Source: Candidatus Velthaea sp.
GTDB taxonomy: Bacteria; Vulcanimicrobiota; Vulcanimicrobiia; Vulcanimicrobiales; Vulcanimicrobiaceae
Reading direction: 5' to 3'
NCBI GenBank assembly: GCA_050012475.1
Contig: JBEKHC010000087.1
Span: 1-21,552 of the forward strand
DNA length: 21,552 nucleotides
Shown piece by piece: positions 1 to 7,241 of this stretch. A program made the position numbers and the translations under genes. The stretch's first letter is position 1; each line of letters opens with the position of its first letter. The notes below the pieces were generated by a model. It saw only the letters and a program-made list of their open reading frames with translations. It had not been told where the DNA came from and made no database searches.

Positions 1-1
1 T

Positions 2-223
2 CCCGGCGGCCCGGCGTATGAAGCCGGGCTGCGCACCGGCGACGTGATCGACAAACTCGACGGCCGGTTTTGGTGGGAGTACGGCACGTACCAGACCGAG
101 CAGCATGCCTACGACGGCAAACCGCATACCTACGAGGTCGAGCGGGGCGGGATCGGCGGCCCGCTGGTTCGCATCGCGCTGGGCGAACCCTACACCGGCT
201 CGGCCGCCCCTGCGAAGCACTGA
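2..223 (+). CDS. PDZ-domain-containing protein, 3' fragment (starts upstream of window)
   Basis: Frame 2 is open from the window edge: PGGPAYEAGLRTGDVIDKLDGRFWWEY...KH, stop TGA at 221-223. GPAxxAGLxxGDVIxxxDG is the typical PDZ signature. Not in the supplied ORF track. Confidence 0.75.
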   Translation, partial: PGGPAYEAGLRTGDVIDKLDGRFWWEYGTYQTEQHAYDGKPHTYEVERGGIGGPLVRIALGEPYTGSAAPAKH

Positions 224-332
224 CCGGCGCAGTCGCGGACAGCCTCGTTCCGGGGTCGACTCGACGAATGCTCCAAGGGCGCTCAGGAACGTTGGACTTT
301 TGACGATATTAACAACACCCAGAGGTGTAGCC

Positions 333-683
333 ATGACCAGTGTACCGTTCGCCGATCAATTCGCAGCTTTACGCAGTGTTGTTTTCGAGGCGATCGAGAG
401 CTGGAACACCGCGCACCCGCGGGCCCGCGATTCGCAGCGCGAGCGCGCTGCCGTGAATCTGACCCAGTCGTATACGACGGCGAACGGCGCGCCGAGCTAT
501 TCGATCATTATTAGCTGCTCGCTCATCGGCGGCGCGCAACTGATTTTTCATGGAAGCGACCGGGCCGCACTGGCCGAGCAAGCGCGCCTGACGTTCGAAC
601 GCAAGATCGGCACAGAACTGCAGCGCCGCGCCGACGCCGCCTACGAAGACGAGCTGAACCGGAAGTTCGATATCGCCAGTTAA
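333..683 (+). CDS. hypothetical protein, 116 aa (MTSVPFADQF...KFDIAS)
   Basis: AGAGGT Shine-Dalgarno at 321-326 before ATG 333. Normal globular composition from this Met onward, and a strong hairpin directly after the stop. No family recognised. Confidence 0.7.
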   Translation: MTSVPFADQFAALRSVVFEAIESWNTAHPRARDSQRERAAVNLTQSYTTANGAPSYSIIISCSLIGGAQLIFHGSDRAALAEQARLTFERKIGTELQRRADAAYEDELNRKFDIAS

Positions 684-711
684 CCGTTTGTCCGACTCGT
701 CGGATAAACGG
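684..711 (+). terminator. stem-loop directly after the 333-683 gene, possible terminator or processing hairpin
   Basis: CCGTTTGTCCGA-CTCG-TCGGATAAACGG forms a 12-bp stem with one G-U pair. No U-tract follows. Confidence 0.5.
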
Positions 712-783
712 CTACCGCGGCTCGGCGCCAAATGCCACGCGGCGTGCGGCTGGAATATCACGTGCCGGCGCGAACACCGGCGC

Positions 784-2175
784 ATGATCGCTCCGCAAGC
801 CGACGCCGTCGTGGCCTACGTTCGCGAAAACCGCGACCGCTATCTCGACGAACTCAAAATTTGGATCGCCAATCCGTCGATATCGGCGAACCCCGCGCAC
901 CACGCGGACGTTCGGCGTTCGGCCGAAGCGGTGGTGGCGCGGATGCGGGCGGCGGGCCTGACCGCGGCGGAAGTGCTCGAAACCGATGGGCTGCCGGTGG
1001 CCTACGGCTCGTGGCTGCACGCCCCGGGCGCGCCGACGATCCTCATCTACGGTCACCACGACGTGCAGCCGGCCGATCCGTTCGAGCTCTGGACCTCGCC
1101 GCCGTTCGTCGGAACGGTGCGCGACGGCAACATCTTCGGCCGCGGTGCGGTCGACGACAAAGGCCAGGTGCTCATGCATCTCGCCGCGCTCGAGGCGCAT
1201 TTACGGATAAACGGCCGGCTGCCGCTCAACGTCAAAGTCGTGATCGAAGGCGAGGAAGAGATCGGTTCGCCCAGCTTCGAGGCGTTTCTCGCGCGCGAGC
1301 ACGAACGTCTGGCTTGCGATGTCGCGGTCATCTCCGATACCGCGGTGTTCGCCGAGGACGTTCCGTCGCTGACCGTTTCGCTGCGCGGTTTGGTGCATTG
1401 GGAAGTCACGGTGCACGGTCCGGCCAGTGATCTGCACTCCGGCTACTATGGCGGCGTGGTCAAAAACCCGCTCGAAGCGCTGGCGCAAATCATTGCCACG
1501 CTCAAGAACGCTGACGGCAGCATCGCCGTGCCGGGTTTTTATGACGGCGTGCGCGAGCCGAGCGCCGGCGAACGCGCGCAGCTGGCGGCCCTGCCGTTCG
1601 ACGCCGTCAAAGAAGCGGCGGCGCTGGGCGTCCCCGAGCTTGCCGGCGAGGCCGGCCGCGTGCCGCTCGAACGGATGTGGCTGCGCCCGACGCTGGAGCT
1701 CAACGGCATCTACGGCGGCTATCAGGGCCCCGGGGCGAAAACGATCGTGCCGAGCTTCGCGACCGCGAAACTTTCGGCGCGCTTGGTGCCGGGACAAGAC
1801 CCCGGCGCGGTCAAACGCGCGGTTCAAACGCACATCGAGGCGCGCGTACCGCGCGGCGTGCGGGTCGAGATCCATGCCGACGGCGACGTGCGCGCGGTGG
1901 AAACGTCGCGCGATCATCCCGCCATCACCGCAGCCGCGCGCGCGATGGAACGCGGCTTCGGCAAGCCGCCGGTGTTCATCGGCACGGGCGGCACGATCGG
2001 TCCCGTCTCGTCGTTCGACCGCATTTTGCACCTGCCGCAGGTTCTCATCGGCGTGGGCTTGCCCGACGACGCGATCCACGCGCCCAACGAGAAGTTCAGT
2101 TTGCACCAATTCTTCGGCGGCATCGAAACGATGACGTATCTCTACACCGAACTCGCGCGCGTGCTCGCGGCGTAA
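784..2175 (+). CDS. M20/M25/M40 family metallopeptidase (dipeptidase/ArgE-DapE-like)
   Basis: Motifs YGHHDVQP, GRGAVDDKG, EGEEEIGS, DLHSG and IHAPNEKF carry the dinuclear metal ligands and catalytic Glu. ATG 784 is preferred to TTG 688, which lies inside the upstream hairpin. Confidence 0.93.
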   Translation: MIAPQADAVVAYVRENRDRYLDELKIWIANPSISANPAHHADVRRSAEAVVARMRAAGLTAAEVLETDGLPVAYGSWLHAPGAPTILIYGHHDVQPADPFELWTSPPFVGTVRDGNIFGRGAVDDKGQVLMHLAALEAHLRINGRLPLNVKVVIEGEEEIGSPSFEAFLAREHERLACDVAVISDTAVFAEDVPSLTVSLRGLVHWEVTVHGPASDLHSGYYGGVVKNPLEALAQIIATLKNADGSIAVPGFYDGVREPSAGERAQLAALPFDAVKEAAALGVPELAGEAGRVPLERMWLRPTLELNGIYGGYQGPGAKTIVPSFATAKLSARLVPGQDPGAVKRAVQTHIEARVPRGVRVEIHADGDVRAVETSRDHPAITAAARAMERGFGKPPVFIGTGGTIGPVSSFDRILHLPQVLIGVGLPDDAIHAPNEKFSLHQFFGGIETMTYLYTELARVLAA

Positions 2176-2181
2176 ACGCGC

Positions 2182-4254
2182 ATTCGATTCAGAATCGGCA
2201 TCGACGTCGGCGGCACGTTCACCGACGTCGTCGCCGTCGATGCCGCAAGCCGGAAGTTGATCGCGGCGGTGAAGGTACCGACGACGCACGACCATCCCGA
2301 CGGCGTCGCGGCCGGCATCGTCACCGGGCTCGCGCGCTTGCTGGACGAGCACGCGATCGACCCGGCAACGATTGCCTTTATCGCCCATTCCACGACCCAG
2401 GCCACCAACGCCCTGCTCGAAGGCGATTTGGCAACCGTCGGCATCGTTCGGATCGGCGGCGCCTTCGCGCGCTGGTCGATGCGCTTCGCCCCGATTCCGC
2501 TGGGCAACGCCGGACGGTTCGCGCCGCGTTTCTACGACCTTGCCCGCGCGAACGGCGATCCCGCTGCACTCGTGAAAACATTGGCGGCCGACGGCGTCGA
2601 GGCGGTGGCGGCGTCGGCGGCGTTTGCGGTCGACCGGCCCGAACCCGAGGACCGCATCGTCGCGGCGGCTCGCCGGGCCGGCCTCGCCGCGACGTCGGGC
2701 GGCGAAGTGTCGACGATGTATGGTTTGCGCGCGCGCACGCGGACGGCCGCGATCAACGCGGCGATTTTGCCGCGCATGCTGCGCACCTCGCGCGTCACCA
2801 AACGCGCGGTCGAAGCCAGCCGCATTCCGGCACCGCTGATGATCATGCGCAGCGACGGCGGCGTGATGGACGTCAACGAAGTCGAACGGCGTCCGATCCT
2901 CACGCTGCTGTCCGGGCCGGCGGCGGGAATTGCCGGCGCGCTGTTCGCCGAGAACGTGACCGACGGAATCTTCATCGAAATCGGCGGCACGAGCGCCGAC
3001 TGCTCGGTCATCAAGCACGGTCAGCCGCAGATGCGCCCGGCGCGCATCGGCGGGTACCGCACGCTGCTGCGCACGCTCGACGTGCGCACGCTCGCGATTG
3101 CGGGCGGTTCGCTCGTGCGGATCGAGCAAGGCCGTGTCGTCGACGTCGGACCGCGTTCGGCGCATATCGCCGGGATGCGCTACGCCGCGTTTTCGCCGCT
3201 CGCGCTGATCGCCGCGTCGGCAGTCGAGCGGGCCGGCATCGCGGCGTTGATCGCGGCGGACGGAACGCGTATCGCGCTGACCCCGACCTGCGCTGCGAAC
3301 GCGCTCGACGTCATCCCCGACGGCGCCTTTGCGCGCGGCGATGCGGCGGCTGCGCGGCTGGCCTTCGACCGCGTTGCGCAAACACTGGGAACCACTGCCG
3401 AACGGTTGGCCACGGACGTGCTGGATCGGGCGAGCGAGAAGCTGCGCAGCGCGATCGATGAACTGAGCGCCGACTATGGCCTCGTTCGTGCGCATACGTC
3501 GATCGTTGGTGGCGGCGGCGCTGCCGCCGCGCTCGTTCCGTTCGCAGCGCGCAAACTCGGGTATGCGTTTCGCTTGGCGCAGAACGCCGAAGTCATCTCG
3601 CCGCTGGGCGTTGCGCTCGCGCTCGTTCGCGACGTCGTCGAACGCACGATCGTCGACCCGGCGCCCGCCGATCTGGCGCGCATTCGGCACGAAGCGATCG
3701 ATGCGGCGATTGCGGCAGGCGCGGCACCCGACGGTGTCGAGGTGACGCTCGACATCGACCGCACGCGCAACCGCGTTCGCGCGATCGCGTCCGGCGCGAC
3801 GGCGCTCGTCGAAGGTGCCGGGTCGCACGCGGCCGTCGCCGAAGAAGAGCGCCGAAGCATCGCCGCGCGCTTTCTCGGTGCCGAGCCGGCCGGGCCGCCG
3901 CTGATCGCGGGGAGCTTCGCGTTGTACACGGCTGCGGCAGATTCGCGCGGCAATCCGACGGTCTGCATCATCGACGGCCGCGGCGTGCTGCGCGCGATCG
4001 TGCCCGATGCGCATGCGATCGCGTGCACCGCGAGCGAACTTGCCGCTTGCCTGACGACCGCATTCGAGCGCTACACGCGGTTTGGCGACATCGGCCGCGC
4101 GCTGCCCGACGTGCGCATCGCATATGGCGCGCGCATCGCCGATTTCAGCGGCGTTGCGGATGTCGATCAAGCCGTGGGCCTGGCCCGCGAAGAAATCTCC
4201 GGCTGCGATCCGGGGGCGGTCGTTGCGGTAATCGCGGCGCCGCGCCGGGCCTGA
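2182..4254 (+). CDS. hydantoinase/oxoprolinase family protein (HyuA-like ATP-binding subunit); start uncertain
   Basis: RIGIDVGGTFTD (2191-2226), HSTTQATNALLEG, RTRTAAINAAI, MRSDGG, TLLSGPAAG and EIGGTSAD. The conserved N-terminal motif lies upstream of the track's TTG 2257, so a putative ATT start at 2182 is used. Confidence 0.88.
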   Translation: MRFRIGIDVGGTFTDVVAVDAASRKLIAAVKVPTTHDHPDGVAAGIVTGLARLLDEHAIDPATIAFIAHSTTQATNALLEGDLATVGIVRIGGAFARWSMRFAPIPLGNAGRFAPRFYDLARANGDPAALVKTLAADGVEAVAASAAFAVDRPEPEDRIVAAARRAGLAATSGGEVSTMYGLRARTRTAAINAAILPRMLRTSRVTKRAVEASRIPAPLMIMRSDGGVMDVNEVERRPILTLLSGPAAGIAGALFAENVTDGIFIEIGGTSADCSVIKHGQPQMRPARIGGYRTLLRTLDVRTLAIAGGSLVRIEQGRVVDVGPRSAHIAGMRYAAFSPLALIAASAVERAGIAALIAADGTRIALTPTCAANALDVIPDGAFARGDAAAARLAFDRVAQTLGTTAERLATDVLDRASEKLRSAIDELSADYGLVRAHTSIVGGGGAAAALVPFAARKLGYAFRLAQNAEVISPLGVALALVRDVVERTIVDPAPADLARIRHEAIDAAIAAGAAPDGVEVTLDIDRTRNRVRAIASGATALVEGAGSHAAVAEEERRSIAARFLGAEPAGPPLIAGSFALYTAAADSRGNPTVCIIDGRGVLRAIVPDAHAIACTASELAACLTTAFERYTRFGDIGRALPDVRIAYGARIADFSGVADVDQAVGLAREEISGCDPGAVVAVIAAPRRA

Positions 4255-4277
4255 CCCGCAGAAGACCCAAAGCGGCG

Positions 4278-4306
4278 GGCGAAACGTCCGCAGTGGGACT
4301 TTCGCC
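4278..4306 (+). terminator. hairpin downstream of the hydantoinase-family gene
   Basis: GGCGAAA(C)GTCC-GCAGTG-GGACTTTCGCC gives 11 bp with a 1-nt bulge, 23 nt after the stop. No U-tract. Confidence 0.4.
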
Positions 4307-4426
4307 GGTATGACCCGTGTCACGCGCGTGTTAAGCAAAGAGTGCACGACGATGTATGCCGGACGACGATCGTACCGGCTCGCCGAGCACAAGCGCCTCG
4401 AAGGCGCGTGAGGAGAACGCACCGAC

Positions 4427-4726
4427 ATGCGACGCGAGCAAGCCGAACGACGAACCGACGACTATCGTCGCGAGCGCTCGTTGCCGGCTGACCGCCAGGT
4501 CTCGCTGCGGACGCTCATCGCGAGTTGCGCGGTCCTCTGCGGCTTGATGCTGGCCGTCGCGTACGGTGCCGCCGCCATCGGCGACCGGCTCGAGCCGCGC
4601 GTTTCACTCCCGGCCGCAGCCGGGGGCTTCGACGCGCTCGCGAACGGATCGGCGTCAAGCGATGAAACGCTGGCGCTGGCGCTGACGGTTCGGCCGCCGG
4701 CGCACGGGCATCGCAGCTGGCGGTGA
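4427..4726 (+). CDS. small hypothetical membrane protein, 99 aa
   Basis: GAGGAG SD at 4410-4415. Charged N-terminus, then one hydrophobic segment (LIASCAVLCGLMLAVAYGAAAI). No family recognised. Confidence 0.5.
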   Translation: MRREQAERRTDDYRRERSLPADRQVSLRTLIASCAVLCGLMLAVAYGAAAIGDRLEPRVSLPAAAGGFDALANGSASSDETLALALTVRPPAHGHRSWR

Positions 4727-4819
4727 CCCGCCGCCTGCCGTCAAAGCAAAGCGAAGCAGGCGCAACGGAAGTCGTCCCGTACCACGAGGAGGAAGGTCCG
4801 CCGCGGGACGTTTGACGGT

Positions 4820-4846
4820 TTGCCGGCCGAGCGCGGTGGTGATAAT
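4820..4846 (+). promoter_or_regulatory. possible sigma70-type promoter for the virB9-like gene
   Basis: GATAAT -10-like hexamer at 4841-4846 in otherwise GC-rich DNA. TTGCCG at 4820-4825 gives a suboptimal 15-nt spacer. Confidence 0.3.
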
Positions 4847-4971
4847 CAAGTGGTAAGGGCAGCTTGGCCGGTTACCAGAAAGAGCGCGCGCCGGCCGTTG
4901 TGTTGCGGCCGAACGCCGCTGCGCCGGGTCAGGATCCTGCCCGCTCTTTGGTGAGGAGACGTCCCTAGAAC

Positions 4972-5751
4972 ATGCGCCGGACCGCTATCGTTCGATCCCT
5001 TGCGACGTTGGGTGCTGCGGCGGCCATCGCGGCCGGTTCCGCTGCCGTGGCGCAAGGCGGATCGTCCCCGTCCACGATCTTGCCCGACGGCAGCATCCGC
5101 TACGATTTCGGCCGCCGGCCCGGCCCGGTACTCGCGTGCAAGCCGCAGCACGTGTGCGACATCGTGCTCGACAACGGCGAAACCGTCCTCAACATGGCGA
5201 TCGGCGATTCAACGCACTGGGTCATCGCCGGCGGACGCAGCGGACCCAACGGCAACATCCCACACGTCTTCGTCAAGCCGACGCAAGCCGAGCTGGAAAC
5301 GAACCTGCTCGTCACCACCTCCAAGCACACGTACAATATCGGCTTGCGCTCGGCCAACGACGCGAACCATCCAACGCTGACCTTCTCGTTCGCCGATGAA
5401 GACGCCGCAAACGCCGATCACGATCGACAAGTCGCCGATGCCGTGCTCGCGGGGAACCCGCTCGTTGGTCTGGATCGCGCCGACACCAAATACAAAGTCA
5501 CCGGCGACGCAGCGCTGCTTCCCGACAAAGTTTTCAACGACGGTGTCCGCACGTTCATCGAGTGGAAAACCTTGCCGGTCGATTTGCCGTCGGTCGTCAG
5601 CATCGGCACCACTGGTGCGCCGCAGCCGGTGAATTTTCGTGTCGTCGGCAGTGTCTATATCATCGACGCAATGAATCCCGGCTACGATCTCGTGCTCGCG
5701 GTCTCAAGCGACCGGCGCCATGAACGCCGCGTTTCGATCCGCCATCAGTAG
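4972..5751 (+). CDS. TrbG/VirB9 family type IV secretion outer-membrane core complex protein
   Basis: Signal peptide followed by CDIVLDNGETV, IGDSTHW, HVFVKP, TNLLVTTSKHTYNIGL, PDKVFNDGVRTFI and VNFRVVGSVYIID, all typical of TrbG/VirB9. GAGGAG SD at 4953-4958. Confidence 0.88.
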   Translation: MRRTAIVRSLATLGAAAAIAAGSAAVAQGGSSPSTILPDGSIRYDFGRRPGPVLACKPQHVCDIVLDNGETVLNMAIGDSTHWVIAGGRSGPNGNIPHVFVKPTQAELETNLLVTTSKHTYNIGLRSANDANHPTLTFSFADEDAANADHDRQVADAVLAGNPLVGLDRADTKYKVTGDAALLPDKVFNDGVRTFIEWKTLPVDLPSVVSIGTTGAPQPVNFRVVGSVYIIDAMNPGYDLVLAVSSDRRHERRVSIRHQ

Positions 5752-5763
5752 CTCGCGCTAAAG

Positions 5764-6477
5764 ATGCGGAACAGCTACGACGCAGATCGCGGCGTAACGT
5801 ATATCAGTGCGCGCGCGCTCGGCATCGGGTTCGCGCTCTATTGCGTCGGGTTTCTCTTGCTGCTCTTCGGTGCGAACTGGGTGAGCGAATGGAACGAGTC
5901 GCGCGAAACGGCCGCAGCCACGGTGGGCACGTCGGTCCCGGCGCTATCGGCCCCGGCGCATCGTACGGCAACGTCCACGGCGCTGTGCGCCCCGGCGCCC
6001 CCGTGCGTCCCGCGCGCGGCCCACAAACCAGGGCCCGGCTTGCCCGCGGGTCCGCCGGCGGTGAAGCCCGCGAGCGTTCGGCCGACGGCTGTCGCGCCGG
6101 TCGTGCCGCCCGGCGGCAACATTGGGTCGCAGCCCGCGCATCGGCCCTTGGGACGGCCGGCCGGGCGGAATTCGCGAGCGATTCCGGCCGCCTCGCCGCT
6201 GCCCGAAACCGCGCCCGCGCGGGCCGCCGCGCCGGCAACCGGCGTCGGCAAGCCGGCGATGCGCGCCGCCACGCCAGCGGCGCGCGCCACGACGCCCGCC
6301 GGTTTACTCGTTCCGTTCACCAGTGCGCCCGGGCTGATGCCGGGCGGCGGTAGCCTCGATCCGCGGTCGGCGTCGCACGCACCGCTCGTCGTCGCTCCGA
6401 CCACGACGCTCGGACCCGCGGCAGAGCCGAGCGAGCCGCCCGCAGCGGGCGGCGGCCTTCAACCGCGCCGGCGCTGA
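5764..6477 (+). CDS. hypothetical single-pass membrane protein with long Pro/Ala-rich disordered region
   Basis: ATG 12 nt after the virB9-like stop. N-terminal TM (ALGIGFALYCVGFLLLLFGANWV), then a low-complexity P/A/T-rich tail. Confidence 0.65.
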   Translation: MRNSYDADRGVTYISARALGIGFALYCVGFLLLLFGANWVSEWNESRETAAATVGTSVPALSAPAHRTATSTALCAPAPPCVPRAAHKPGPGLPAGPPAVKPASVRPTAVAPVVPPGGNIGSQPAHRPLGRPAGRNSRAIPAASPLPETAPARAAAPATGVGKPAMRAATPAARATTPAGLLVPFTSAPGLMPGGGSLDPRSASHAPLVVAPTTTLGPAAEPSEPPAAGGGLQPRRR

Positions 6478-6490
6478 ACTTCGCCGGGTG

Positions 6491-7192
6491 TCATTTTTGA
6501 CCGATATACAAGCCGTGTGCGAAGAGGTCGGAGCGCTCGTTGCGCACGCCCAGTCCGGCGGCTTTGAATGCGGCGCGATACTGCGCATCGGTGAACAGCT
6601 GCAGCGCGTGTGATTCGCTGAAGGCCGAGATCCCGGTCGGTTCGGCGACGAGATATTCGTAGCGCAGCACCGAGGTCGTGCCGTAGCGTTCGGGCCGGCC
6701 CAGCCGTGCGATTTTCAGATCGGATTCGTCGACGAACACGGCGTCGAGGTTGAGATCCAGCCATTCGGCCGGCGAGATCCAGGGCTCGACGACGAGCAGT
6801 CCGCCACGTTCGACCACGCCAGCAAACCGCGCGATCGTGGCGTTGAGCTCTGCTTCGTCGGCGACGTACCCGATCGAGCTGAACAGGCATTGCACGATGG
6901 CGAACTGGCCGTCGACCGAAAAATCCTGCATGCGAGCCACTTGCAGCGGCACGTCCGGCAGGCGCTCGCGGGCGATCGCGATCATCGCCGGTTCGGCGTC
7001 GAGGCCCTCGACGGCGAATTCGCTGCGCAGTTGCGAAAGATGGCGCCCGGTCCCACAGGCCACGTCGAGCAAGCGGCCGGAGCCGGCCGCGACGTTTCGG
7101 TATGCTGCGCGCAGCCAGGCCGCCTCCGCCGCGTAGTCTTTGCCGCGCGCGGCATAGATCGCATCGTAAAACGCCGCCGATTTCGTAAACAT
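6491..7192 (-). CDS. class I SAM-dependent methyltransferase, TylM1/DesVI-like (amino-sugar N-methyltransferase family)
   Basis: YDAIYAARGKDYAAEA, LLDVACGTG (SAM motif I), CLFSSIGY and GGLLVVEPW. Start is ATG 7192 or 7201; the 7330 start would overlap the divergent gene. Confidence 0.88.
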   Translation of the reverse strand: MFTKSAAFYDAIYAARGKDYAAEAAWLRAAYRNVAAGSGRLLDVACGTGRHLSQLRSEFAVEGLDAEPAMIAIARERLPDVPLQVARMQDFSVDGQFAIVQCLFSSIGYVADEAELNATIARFAGVVERGGLLVVEPWISPAEWLDLNLDAVFVDESDLKIARLGRPERYGTTSVLRYEYLVAEPTGISAFSESHALQLFTDAQYRAAFKAAGLGVRNERSDLFAHGLYIGQK

Positions 7193-7241
7193 GCTCGCCA
7201 TCTTTGCTAGAACCCGCCAATCCCATCGCGAAGCGCGAGCA

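Noticed and set aside
105..332. N-terminal extension of the 105-683 ORF
   Set aside because: It overlaps the PDZ gene tail and is low complexity. The SD supports ATG 333.
1201..4428. 1075-aa minus-strand ORF
   Set aside because: Antisense shadow of the peptidase and hydantoinase genes, Arg/Ala-rich with no motifs. Its length follows from both real genes sharing a frame in high-GC DNA.
4427..4726. IASC as a lipobox making the 99-aa ORF a VirB7-like lipoprotein
   Set aside because: The hydrophobic stretch follows rather than precedes the Cys, so it is not a valid lipoprotein signal.
4925..4942. GGGTCAGGATCC resembling the SRP RNA core
   Set aside because: The following GGAAGGAAGCAGC-type motif is absent.
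4255..6490. Integrative conjugative element or genomic island around virB9
   Set aside because: No integrase, relaxase, other T4SS genes, tRNA attachment site or flanking direct repeats were seen.
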